Of a stretch of 64,000 nucleotides of DNA, positions 20,588 through 31,557 are shown in pieces. Position numbers and translations under genes: made by a program. Source of the stretch: Auanema rhodensis (lineage: Eukaryota > Animalia > Nematoda); contig OZ059894.1 of NCBI GenBank assembly GCA_964057225.1, positions 11,222,001 to 11,286,000 of the forward strand. Reading direction: 5' to 3'. The notes under the pieces are model-generated. The model had not been told where the DNA came from and made no database searches. It saw only the letters and a list, made by a program, of their open reading frames with translations. Numbering within the stretch: position 1 is the stretch's first letter; the number at the start of each line of letters is the position of its first letter.

Positions 20588-23500
20588 TCGCTTCTCGGCC
20601 TTTTGGCTAAGATCAAAGTGTAGTAATCGTTCTTATCGAATTAACCTTCGATATGTGTTCCATTGGTTCACAATAAGGTTAATGGCTAAATCGATATTGC
20701 AACTGTACTACGTAAGTCTTTAGATCTGCTAGAGATGGAGCAAGGGCTTTACAAGCTAAAGGTGCCTCTTCAGAGCCCTTTTTCTTGTTCAATCTGCGCT
20801 CCTATTCCGCGATCCTACTCAGACCACAATGGTCTCGTCCGCCATCTTCGGAGAGAACATGAGGTCGGAGTAGAATTTGAGTGCCGTGCCTGTGGCCTCA
20901 CCAGCAATCTGAAGGCCGTTAAAAGCCATCAGAAAAAAGCTGAAGGATGCCTCCGCATCATAGAGGAAACTGTGGTGATCTCACCTCTATCTCCGAGAGA
21001 GCCCAGTTCCCGCCCTATATTGCGGAGGATCAGGAACACCCGCCCACCAGGCACAAGGACGACCACCCCGCCCGTGGAGGAGCGTACAATGGAGGAAACA
21101 TCATCCAGTGGACAGGAACAAGGATCTCCATCAACGGTACGCTTGTTTGAGGCCCCAATTCTGGACTTGTCCCCAGAGGCCGAAGTTTCCCCCCTTCCGC
21201 GAGAGAGTGAAATATTCAACGAGATCAGGGTTCCGAGTACAGAACCATCTTTTGCCGACCCTGATCCGAATAGAAACTCTGAAAATATTTGGGTGGATAG
21301 AATTAAAAAGGTAGTGTGCAAAAGTGAGCTCGAGCAGGTCCTGGAAGAGTTGATAGACACAATCAGAAAGTCTCTTGACATTATGATCAAAGTTCCCAAC
21401 TTCCGACAAAGGCGCCGACCACACACACAACCTGAGGAAGACCAAAAAACCCAGGCGATGAAGATCCAGAAGCTTTGGAGGGCCAACAAGAAGAAAGCCT
21501 TTCGACAACTGCTCGGAGAACAAAGTGAAACCTGCACCATACCATCTGCAGATGTTGAAAAACACTTCCTTTCTGTTCACAGCAGTCAAGGCCCAGCCCT
21601 CCCCATCACAGTCACCAGACCGGATTTGCCAACTAGTACCGACCCATTAGAAGGTGTTTTCACCCCTTTGGAAGTCTGGGAACGCATACGACGTTGCAGC
21701 GATACGGCTCCAGGAGCTGATGGACTTCGATACTCGCACTGGAAGAAATTTGACCAAGGAGGTCACATATTAGCAGCGATATTTAACACCGTACACAAGC
21801 TAGGACACATCCCTTTTTCCTGGAAAGAGTCGACCACCGTCCTCATCCATAAGAAAGGTGATAAAGCTGACATTAACAACTGGCGACCAATAGCACTTTC
21901 GTGCACAATTGGTAAGACGTACTCAGCTTGTCTTACGCATCGACTGCTAACATGGGCAAGAGCAGAAAAAAGACTTTCTCCCTCCCAAAAGGGCTTTGTG
22001 GCCAAAGCTGGATGCATGGAACACAACTTTTTGTTGCAAAGTACCATTGCAGACGCTAAACGTAAACGTGAGAAAATTGCAATTGCTTGGCTTGATCTCG
22101 CAAACGCTTTTGGATCGCTGCCACACGAAACTCTGCTAGACGTTCTAAGATGGTCAGGAATGGCTGAAGCCTCAATATCCCGAGTACGAGCTCTATACAC
22201 AGATGCCTCTACAAGAATCCAGACAGGCTCCGGACTCACTTCGACCATTCCAGTTCACGCAGGTGTGTTACAAGGATCCCCACTATCTCCGATCCTGTTC
22301 AACCTTGCCATTGAACCTCTAATTAAAACCATCTTGGAAACCTCTACAGGCTATAAGCTACACAATCACAACATCGCTGTGCTAGCGTACGCCGATGACC
22401 TTGCCCTGGTCTCCTCATCATCAGAAGATCTACAGAAAATGTTGGACGCAGCATCAAATGCGGCTAATTTCACAGGCTTGACCTTCAAACCAGCGAAATG
22501 CGCCACTTTGACGATCGACAAAGGGAAAATATCAACAGCCTCATACATGCTTCAGAGCTGCTTTCTACCCGCTCTCAGCAAATTTGACAGCTACTCCCAC
22601 CTGGGAATCCCTACTGGAATGCATTTACATAAGTCTGCGGTTCCAACAGTGAATATCATGAGTCAACACTTGGAAAAAATTGACAAATCCTTACTGGCTG
22701 AATGGCAGAAAGCTGACGCAGTACGCACCTTCCTGATGCCCTGCCTTAATTTTCATATGACGAATGGCCACGTCCCAAAGAGTAAACTAGTCGCCTTTGA
22801 CAAAGAACTCAAACGCTGTGCCCGTAGATGGATGCACTATCCTCCAAACGCCAGTGCTGAACCAATCTACCTGCCAACTAACTACGGCGGACTTGGTCTC
22901 TCTCGACTCCAACACCTGTCAGACGTCTGTGAAGTCACTCATGCCTACCAACTTTTGAAGTCATCTGATCTTGTAGTAGCTGATATTGCGCATCAAGACT
23001 CAATAAAAGTAGCATCAAAAAGGATTAAACGTCAAGCCAGTAACGATGAGACAGCTGCATATTACAACGGTTCCGTTGATGGCATTTTCGACACCGAAAC
23101 ATCTGATGTTTCCTCCATCTGGACTAGAGTAAGAGTAGCGATGCGTCAACTCAAGAAACTCATCAACGCTAACTGGACATGCCTCGAAAGTGGTTTAGAA
23201 CTCAATCTAAACAACCAACTGTTAACACCTTCACTATGCCACAGAAGCCTGCGACGTGCATTATGGCTGAAAGACCTTCGGATCCTTCTTCAAAAACCGG
23301 ATCAAGGGAAAGTCTTTGATGTCACAATGCTCAACAAAGCGTCCAATCACTTTATGGCGAAGGGAGATTTCATACGGTTTGCTGATTGGCGATTCATCCA
23401 CAAGGCTCGACTTAATACTCTCCAGCTCAATGGCTGTAGAAGACACGGAGAAGGAAACAAACAGTGCCGCAGGTGTAGTTACTCCAACGAAACTGCTGCA

Positions 23501-24409
23501 CATGTTCTTGGACACTGCCACTCTCACACGAGAGCAATCCAACTCCGCCACAACAACATCGTGGACCGTCTTATCAAAGCCCTGCCAGAGCCTAAAAACG
23601 GAGAAGTTTACACTAACCAGCCTCTTCCTGGCATTAATAGTACACTCCGACCTGACATAGTAGTGGTCGATCATGACGCAAAACACTGTAGTATCGTTGA
23701 TGTTACAGTGAGCTATGAAAACCGCCGTCAAGCCATGATAGCCGCGCGTATGATAAAGGAGAGGAAATATGCTGACATAGCCAGCCAATACCAATGTCTT
23801 GGTTATAAGACTAGTGTAGAAGCATATGTCGTAGGAATGCTTGGAACTATGGACCCGCTCAACGTACAAGCCCTCCGATCACTCAAGATCAGCAGCCACT
23901 ACAACCGGCTAATGGAGAAGCTCGTCGTCGCCGATACCATCAAGTGGGCCAGGAATATCTACGTGGAACATGTTTCTGGTGTAAGGCAATATGAAGAAGA
24001 AATTATCCATTGACTTGTTTGTGATTTGATTGTAATATATTTTTTACTTTTTGTATTACTTATTTTTGTCTTTTTTCTTTCTCTCTTTCTGACCTTCATT
24101 GGTACATGTATTTTGTTTTTTATTTTTAACACTATTGCCGTAGGCACTCAAATTGTTTGATCATAGCGGCACTTGATATTTACTTTTCACTGTTCTGCTT
24201 TATTATTCATTTTTTTTGTTATTCATTACTTTTTTTAACCCACTCCCCCGACTCTTGAGTCGTTTTAGCCTCTGTTGGTAATGTGTTTTATTTTGTACTT
24301 TTTAATCACTTGCTGTTTTAAGTTGTACTGGTAATACCGTCTCCCCGATTCTGGGCTCTTTTTTATTGGTTATTTATTGTTTCATAACATTAGTTATTCA
24401 ATAAACCAT
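20588..24409 (+). mobile_element. Copy 5: full-length element with U2 nt 2-96 leader, not preceded by the U2 promoter region
   Basis: Spacer ...GTAG(T)15 then CGCTTCTCGG; element-specific sequence from 20683; U2 nt 38 at 24410. Confidence 0.95.
20735..24013 (+). CDS. ZnF-RT-CCHC-RLE polyprotein, 1092 aa, intact
   Basis: Same motifs as copy 1; 3 aa differences seen. Confidence 0.96.
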   Translation: MEQGLYKLKVPLQSPFSCSICAPIPRSYSDHNGLVRHLRREHEVGVEFECRACGLTSNLKAVKSHQKKAEGCLRIIEETVVISPLSPREPSSRPILRRIRNTRPPGTRTTTPPVEERTMEETSSSGQEQGSPSTVRLFEAPILDLSPEAEVSPLPRESEIFNEIRVPSTEPSFADPDPNRNSENIWVDRIKKVVCKSELEQVLEELIDTIRKSLDIMIKVPNFRQRRRPHTQPEEDQKTQAMKIQKLWRANKKKAFRQLLGEQSETCTIPSADVEKHFLSVHSSQGPALPITVTRPDLPTSTDPLEGVFTPLEVWERIRRCSDTAPGADGLRYSHWKKFDQGGHILAAIFNTVHKLGHIPFSWKESTTVLIHKKGDKADINNWRPIALSCTIGKTYSACLTHRLLTWARAEKRLSPSQKGFVAKAGCMEHNFLLQSTIADAKRKREKIAIAWLDLANAFGSLPHETLLDVLRWSGMAEASISRVRALYTDASTRIQTGSGLTSTIPVHAGVLQGSPLSPILFNLAIEPLIKTILETSTGYKLHNHNIAVLAYADDLALVSSSSEDLQKMLDAASNAANFTGLTFKPAKCATLTIDKGKISTASYMLQSCFLPALSKFDSYSHLGIPTGMHLHKSAVPTVNIMSQHLEKIDKSLLAEWQKADAVRTFLMPCLNFHMTNGHVPKSKLVAFDKELKRCARRWMHYPPNASAEPIYLPTNYGGLGLSRLQHLSDVCEVTHAYQLLKSSDLVVADIAHQDSIKVASKRIKRQASNDETAAYYNGSVDGIFDTETSDVSSIWTRVRVAMRQLKKLINANWTCLESGLELNLNNQLLTPSLCHRSLRRALWLKDLRILLQKPDQGKVFDVTMLNKASNHFMAKGDFIRFADWRFIHKARLNTLQLNGCRRHGEGNKQCRRCSYSNETAAHVLGHCHSHTRAIQLRHNNIVDRLIKALPEPKNGEVYTNQPLPGINSTLRPDIVVVDHDAKHCSIVDVTVSYENRRQAMIAARMIKERKYADIASQYQCLGYKTSVEAYVVGMLGTMDPLNVQALRSLKISSHYNRLMEKLVVADTIKWARNIYVEHVSGVRQYEEEIIH

Positions 24410-24556
24410 TAATCGTTCTTATCGAATTAACCTTCGATATGTGTTCCATTGGTTCACAATAAGGTTAACCGATTTTTGAGACTTGAGGTAGATGCTGGCT
24501 TGCTAGCTCCACCTCACGGGTCGACCCGCTCTTGCACTGCTGGCGGGAACGGCCCA
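24410..24556 (+). pseudogene. U2: U2 nt 38-184 downstream of insertion
   Basis: Same junction. Confidence 0.93.
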
Positions 24557-25738
24557 TTCCCTCAGGGAAAGAATGTAACAATAAGAATGAAAATCGTGTA
24601 GTACACATGGAAATTCAACTTGAGTGACGCTTATGACGATGCTGCAGCATACGAACGGTTTAGAAATGACTATACGATCAAAGATGTACCTCTCATTTGT
24701 TCACAAACCTTCTATTTTCATGGCTTTCTTATAATTTTTTGTCATACTTATGTACTACCTGGTAATTCTGTATTTACATTTATGTTTATTCATGTCTTTG
24801 CTGCCTCTACGCTTTTGTTACTTTTATAGTTTAATATTGTAGTTTTTCGGAACAAACATTCTCTACGTCAATAAATTGTTCTTATCGAATTAATCTTCAA
24901 TATGTGTTCTATTACTATACTGGTAATGTATATATCTCGTTTAGTGCGTGGGGGCCTATTCGGGTGGTTTCTATTATGCATATGCATGTTGTTTAGACTT
25001 TTAAGACGTATTTCAACAAGTTAGAACGATTAAACATGTTTGCAGAGTGATCGGATGAGGTTGAAACGAGTAATGAGAAAAAAAGTAGGTAAGGGGGGAC
25101 CCTTGTGTGAGAAAATGTTCAAAAAAAAGTTGTTTTTGTTTTCGTTTTGTTTTCATTTTTCAAAAATTTACAGTTTTTATAAAAATAATTCTTCTTTCTA
25201 CAGTAGATTGTAAATTTCATGAAAAAAAATATAGGGAATCAAAAGTTACATTAGGGTCCCGAATACGGGACATTTTTATATGTGTAAAAACGGTCCAGTT
25301 TTAACACAAGGGTTTTCCGGTCTATTATAAAGTAAAACACAGCTTTTTAAACCTCCGTAGCGTAATGAGAAATGATGATTTCGTGAATGTTAAAGTTTTC
25401 TATCATAGTTCTCTATAGTATCTACGTACATATGAAGAACAAATAGAAAGAAATTTTTCTGGAAGCAAGTTTCATTGAGCGTTCCGTATAAGGAACATTA
25501 TGATAAAAATTATAAGGGGGTAAAACATATCATTGTTAACCAAGACGTCTGAAAATAAAATTTTCTATTACAATAAATATGAAGTTCTATCATACATATG
25601 CATGTTATAAAGACTTTCTAGACGTATTTCAACGGGTTAGAACGAGTTTAAACCGAGTTATGAGGAAAAACAATGATATTTTAAAAAAAAACAACTATGT
25701 GTTGAAAAAATTTCTCTCTTGATTGGACTTTTTACTGT

Positions 25739-25790
<52 letters not shown>

Positions 25791-25932
25791 GGATACATGG
25801 CTAACCTTTAGACACATAGGTGAAAAAAAAATTTTTTTTGTTATTGTTACTGTTCCTGTTGTTTTCTTTGTGGTCGTATCTATTAACAACAAGATTTAGA
25901 GTGATATAACTGATAATGAAGAATATGACATT

Positions 25933-26051
25933 GCTTACGACCATACCACGTTGAAAGTACGCCATCCCGTCCGATCTGGCAAGTCAAGCAACGTTGGGCC
26001 CGGTTAGTACTTGGATCGGAGACGGCTTGGGAATCCCGGGTGTCGTAAGCT
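25933..26051 (+). rRNA. 5S: 5S rRNA
   Basis: Same sequence. Confidence 0.95.
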
Positions 26052-26292
26052 TTTATATTTTATTTGAAATTTTTTGAAGAAATAAAAAAGCTTTGATAAC
26101 TAAAAAAAAGTTGTTGTTAATCGAATGTTTGCTCTAATAACACGACAGAGGTAGTCTTAGATACTGTAAATAACTCGAACACTGTAAAGTTTGGGCATTT
26201 CATTTGTTACTGTTCCTGTTGTTTTCTTTGTGGTCCTAACTATTAACAACAAGATTTAGAGTGATATAACTGATAATGAAGAATATAACATT

Positions 26293-26411
26293 GCTTACGA
26301 CCATACCACGTTGAAAGTACGCCATCCCGTCCGATCTGGCAAGTCAAGCAACGTTGGGCCCGGTTAGTACTTGGATCGGAGACGGCTTGGGAATCCCGGG
26401 TGTCGTAAGCT
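26293..26411 (+). rRNA. 5S: 5S rRNA
   Basis: Same sequence. Confidence 0.95.
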
Positions 26412-26853
26412 TTTATATTTTATTTGAAATATCTTGAAGAAATAAAAAAGCTTTGATAACTAGAAAAAGTTGTTGATTGATATGTGCTCTAATATTACAA
26501 GAGTGGTTGTTCTAGATACTGTAAGCAATACAAACACTGTAAAGTTGGGAGATTTCATTGTATTAACCTTCTCCTAATTATTGTATAAAAATATATAAAA
26601 TATTCGGAAACTTTGCAACCGTACATATAAAACTATATACAAGTATTTGAATAAAAAGAATAGAAAAAAGTGCAGCGCTTCGAATAAGAAAAAAATAAGT
26701 CCAAAAGTTGAGTAAATCCACAGTTTATATGAGCCATTTATGACCTGTACAGTCAAGATTGTCAAACCACACTTTTATATTCAAATGAGAGAGTGCACTC
26801 GTAACAAGTACGATACATTTGCTTGATGTCTTTGATACTCATGGCTATGCTGT

Positions 26854-27037
26854 ATCGCTTCTCGGCCTTTTGGCTAAGATCAAAGTGTAGTAATCGTTCT
26901 TATCGAATTAACCTTCGATATGTGTTCCATTGGTTCACAATAAGGTTAACCGATTTTTGAGACTTGAGGTAGATGCTGGCTTGCTAGCTCCACCTCACGG
27001 GTCGACCCGCTCTTGCACTGCTGGCGGGAACGGCCCA
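26854..27037 (+). ncRNA. U2: U2 snRNA, intact
   Basis: Same sequence, native upstream region. Confidence 0.95.
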
Positions 27038-27752
27038 TTCCCTCAGGGAAAGAATGTAACAATAAGAATGAAAATCGTGTAGTACACATGGAAATTCAAC
27101 TTGAGTGACGCTTATGACGATGCTGCAGCATACGAACGGTTTAGAAATGACTATACGATCAAAGATGTACCTCTCATTTGTTCACAAACCTTCTATTTTC
27201 ATGGCTTTCTTATAATTTTTTGTCATACTTATGTACTACCTGGTAATTCTGTATTTACATTTATGTTTATTCATGTCTTTGCTGCCTCTACGCTTTTGTT
27301 ACTTTTATAGTTTAATATTGTAGTTTTTCGGAACAAACATTCTCTACGTCAATAAATTGTTCTTATCGAATTAATCTTCAATATGTGTTCTATTACTATA
27401 CTGGTAATGTATATATCTCGTTTAGTGCGTGGGGGCCTATTCGGGTGGTTTCTATTATGCATATGCATGTTGTTTAGACTTTTAAGACGTATTTCAACAA
27501 GTTAGAACGATTAAACATGTTTGCAGAGTGATCGGATGAGGTTGAAACGAGTAATGAGAAAAAAAGTAGGTAAGGGGGGACCCTTGTGTGAGAAAATGTT
27601 CAAACAAAAGTTGTTTTTGTTTTCGTTTTGTTTTCATTTTTCAAAAATTTACAGTTTTTATAAAAATAATTCTTCTTTCTACAGTAGATTGTAAATTTCA
27701 TGAAAAAAAATATAGGGAATCAAAAGTTACATTAGGGTCTCGAATACGGGAC

Positions 27753-30700
27753 ATCGCTTCTCGGCCTTTTGGCTAAGATCAAAGTGTAGTAATCGTTCTT
27801 ATCGAATTAACCTTCGATATGTGTTCCATTGGTTCACAATAAGGTTAATGGCTAAATCGATATTGCAACTGTACTACGTAAGTCTTTAGATCTGCTAGAG
27901 ATGGAGCAAGGGCTTTACAAGCTAAAGGTGCCTCTTCAGAGCCCTTTTTCTTGTTCAATCTGCGCTCCTATTCCGCGATCCTACTCAGACCACAATGGTC
28001 TCGTCCGCCATCTTCGGAGAGAACATGAGGTCGGAGTAGAATTTGAGTGCCGTGCCTGTGGCCTCACCAGCAATCTGAAGGCCGTTAAAAGCCATCAGAA
28101 AAAAGCTGAAGGATGCCTCCGCATCATAGAGGAAACTGTGGTGATCTCACCTCTATCTCCGAGAGAGCCCAGTTCCCGCCCTATATTGCGGAGGATCAGG
28201 AACACCCGCCCACCAGGCACAAGGACGACCACCCCGCCCGTGGAGGAGCGTACAATGGAGGAAACATCATCCAGTGGACAGGAACAAGGATCTCCATCAA
28301 CGGTACGCTTGTTTGAGGCCCCAATTCTGGACTTGTCCCCAGAGGCCGAAGTTTCCCCCCTTCCGCGAGAGAGTGAAATATTCAACGAGATCAGGGTTTC
28401 GAGTACAGAACCATTTTTTGCCGACCCTGATCCGAATAGAAACTCTGAAAATACTTGGGTGGATAGAATTAAAAAGGTTGTGTGCAAAAGTGAGCTCGAG
28501 CAGGTCCTGGAAGAGTTGGTAGACGCAATCAGAAAGTCTCTTGACATTATGATCAAAGTTCCCAACTTCCGACAAAGGCGCCGACCACACACACAACCTG
28601 AGGAAGACCAAAAAACCCAGGCGATGAAGCTCCAGAAGCTCTGGAGGGCCAACAAGAAGAAAGCCTTTCGACAACTGCTCGGAGAACAAAGTGAAACCTG
28701 CACCATACCATCTGCAGAGGTTGAAAAACATTTCCTTTCTGTTCACAGCAGTCAAGGCCCAGCCCTCCCCATCACAGTCACCAGACCGGATTTGCCAGCT
28801 AGTACCGACCCATTAGAAGGTGTTTTCACCCCTTTGGAAGTCTGGGAACGCATACGACGTTGCAGCGATACGGCTCCAGGAGCTGATGGACTTCGATACT
28901 CGCACTGGAAGAAATTTGACCAAGGAGGTCACATATTAGCAGCGATATTTAACACCGTACACAAGCTAGGACACATCCCTTTTTCCTGGAAAGAGTCGAC
29001 CACCGTCCTCATCCATAAGAAAGGTGATAAAGCTGACATTAACAACTGGCGACCAATAGCACTTTCGTGCACAATTGGTAAGACGTACTCAGCTTGTCTT
29101 ACGCATCGACTGCTAACATGGGCAAGAGCAGAAAAAAGACTTTCTCCCTCCCAAAAGGGCTTTGTGGCCAAAGCTGGATGCATGGAACACAACTTTATGT
29201 TGCAAAGTACCATTGCGGACGCTAAACGTAAACGTGAGAAAATTGCAATTGCTTGGCTTGATCTCGCAAACGCTTTTGGATCGCTGCCACACGAAACTCT
29301 GCTAGACGTTCTAAGATGGTCAGGAGTGGCTGAAGCCTCAATATCCCGAGTACGAGCTCTATACACAGATGCCTCTACAAGAATCCAGACAGGCTCCGGA
29401 CTCACATCGACCATTCCAGTTCATGCAGGTGTGTTACAAGGATCCCCACTATCTCCGATCCTGTTCAACCTTGCCATTGAACCTCTAATTAAAACCATCT
29501 TGGAATCCTCTACTGGCTATAAGCTACACAATCACAACATCGCTGTGCTAGCGTACGCCGATGACCTTGCCCTGGTCTCCTCATCATCAGAAGATCTACA
29601 GAAAATGTTGGACGCAGCATCAAATGCGGCTAATTTCACAGGCTTGACCTTCAAACCAGCGAAATGCGCCACCTTGACGATCGACAAAGGGAAAATATCA
29701 ACAGCCTCATACATGCTACAGAGCTCCTCTCTACCCGCTCTCAGCAAATTCGACAGCTACTCCCACCTGGGAATCCCTACTGGAATGCATTTACATAAGT
29801 CTGCGGTTCCAACAGTGAATATTATGAGTCAACACTTGGAAAAAATTGACAAATCCTTACTTGCTGAATGGCAGAAAGCTGACGCAGTACGCACCTTCCT
29901 GATGCCCTGCCTTAATTTTCATATGACGAATGGCCACGTCCCAAAGAGTAAACTAGTCGCCTTTGACAAAGAACTCAAACGCTGTGCCCGTAGATGGATG
30001 CACTATCCTCCAAACGCCAGTGCTGAACCAATCTACCTGCCAACTAACTACGGCGGACTTGGTCTCTCTCGACTCCAACACCTGTCAGACGTCTGTGAAG
30101 TCACTCATGCCTACCAACTTTTGAAGTCATCTGATCTTGTAGTAGCTGATATTGCGCATCAAGACTCAAAAAAAGTAGCATCAAAAAGGATTAAACGTCA
30201 AGCCAGTAACGATGAGACAGCTGCATATTACAACGGTTCCGTTGATGGCATTTTCGACACCGAAACATCTGATGTTTCCTCCATCTGGACTAGAGTAAGA
30301 GTAGCGATGCGTCAACTCAAGAAACTCATCAACGCTAACTGGACATGCCTCGAAAGTGGTTTAGAACTCAATCTAAACAACCAACTGTTAACACCTTCAC
30401 TATGCCACAGAAGCCTGCGACGGGCATTATGGCTGAAAGACCTTCGGATCCTTCTTCAAAAACCGGATCAAGGGAAAGTCTTTGATGTCACAATGCTCAA
30501 CAAAGCGTCCAATCACTTTATGGCGAAGGGAGATTTCATACGGTTTGCTGATTGGCGATTCATCCACAAGGCTCGACTCAATACTCTCCAGCTCAATGGC
30601 TGTAGAAGACACGGAGAAGGAAACAAACAGTGCCGCAGGTGTAGTTACTCCAACGAAACTGCTGCACATGTTCTTGGACACTGCCACTCTCACACGAGAG

Positions 30701-31557
30701 CAATCCAACTCCGCCACAACAACATCGTGGACCGTCTTATCAAAGCCCTGCCAGAGCCTAAAAACGGAGAAGTTTACACTAACCAGCCTCTTCCTGGCAT
30801 TAATAGTACACTCCGACCTGACATAGTAGTGGTCGATCATGACGCAAAACACTGTAGTATCGTTGATGTTACAGTGAGCTATGAAAACCGCCGTCAAGCC
30901 ATGATAGCCGCGCGTATGATAAAGGAGAGGAAATATGCTGACATAGCCAGCCAATACCAATGTCTTGGTTATAAGACTAGTGTAGAAGCATATGTCGTAG
31001 GAATGCTTGGAACTATGGACCCGCTCAACGGACAAGCCCTCCGATCACTCAAGATCAGCAGCCACTACAACCGGCTAATGGAGAAGCTCGTCGTCGCCGA
31101 TACCATCAAGTGGGCCAGGAATATCTACGTGGAACATGTTTCTGGTGTAAGGCAATATGAAGAAGAAATTATCAATTGACTTGTTTGTGATTTGATTGTA
31201 ATGTATTTACTTTTTGTATTACTTATTTTTGTCTTTTGTTTCTTTCTTTCTGACCTTCATTGGTACATGTATTTTGTTGTTTATTTTTAACATCATTGCC
31301 GTAGGCACTCAAATTGTTTGATCATAGCGGCACTTGATTTCTCATTGTTCTGCTTTAATATTCATTTTTTTGTTCATTTTTTTTAACCCACTCCCCCGAC
31401 TCTTGAGTCGTTTTAGCCTCTGTTGGCAATGTGTCTTATTATGTACTTTTTAATTACTTGCTGTTTTAAGTTGTACTGGTAATACCGTCTCCCCGATTCT
31501 GGGCTCTTTTTTATTGGTTATTTATTGTATCATAACATTAGTTATTCAATAAACCAT
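27753..31557 (+). mobile_element. Copy 6: full-length element (variant B) with U2 nt 1-96 leader joined to spacer
   Basis: Spacer CGGGAC[AT]CGCTTC junction; element-specific sequence from 27849; followed by U2 nt 38-96 and copy 7. Confidence 0.95.
27901..31179 (+). CDS. ZnF-RT-CCHC-RLE polyprotein, 1092 aa, intact (variant B)
   Basis: All catalytic motifs intact; substitutions such as VSSTEPFF, HNFM, EIIN. Confidence 0.96.
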   Translation: MEQGLYKLKVPLQSPFSCSICAPIPRSYSDHNGLVRHLRREHEVGVEFECRACGLTSNLKAVKSHQKKAEGCLRIIEETVVISPLSPREPSSRPILRRIRNTRPPGTRTTTPPVEERTMEETSSSGQEQGSPSTVRLFEAPILDLSPEAEVSPLPRESEIFNEIRVSSTEPFFADPDPNRNSENTWVDRIKKVVCKSELEQVLEELVDAIRKSLDIMIKVPNFRQRRRPHTQPEEDQKTQAMKLQKLWRANKKKAFRQLLGEQSETCTIPSAEVEKHFLSVHSSQGPALPITVTRPDLPASTDPLEGVFTPLEVWERIRRCSDTAPGADGLRYSHWKKFDQGGHILAAIFNTVHKLGHIPFSWKESTTVLIHKKGDKADINNWRPIALSCTIGKTYSACLTHRLLTWARAEKRLSPSQKGFVAKAGCMEHNFMLQSTIADAKRKREKIAIAWLDLANAFGSLPHETLLDVLRWSGVAEASISRVRALYTDASTRIQTGSGLTSTIPVHAGVLQGSPLSPILFNLAIEPLIKTILESSTGYKLHNHNIAVLAYADDLALVSSSSEDLQKMLDAASNAANFTGLTFKPAKCATLTIDKGKISTASYMLQSSSLPALSKFDSYSHLGIPTGMHLHKSAVPTVNIMSQHLEKIDKSLLAEWQKADAVRTFLMPCLNFHMTNGHVPKSKLVAFDKELKRCARRWMHYPPNASAEPIYLPTNYGGLGLSRLQHLSDVCEVTHAYQLLKSSDLVVADIAHQDSKKVASKRIKRQASNDETAAYYNGSVDGIFDTETSDVSSIWTRVRVAMRQLKKLINANWTCLESGLELNLNNQLLTPSLCHRSLRRALWLKDLRILLQKPDQGKVFDVTMLNKASNHFMAKGDFIRFADWRFIHKARLNTLQLNGCRRHGEGNKQCRRCSYSNETAAHVLGHCHSHTRAIQLRHNNIVDRLIKALPEPKNGEVYTNQPLPGINSTLRPDIVVVDHDAKHCSIVDVTVSYENRRQAMIAARMIKERKYADIASQYQCLGYKTSVEAYVVGMLGTMDPLNGQALRSLKISSHYNRLMEKLVVADTIKWARNIYVEHVSGVRQYEEEIIN

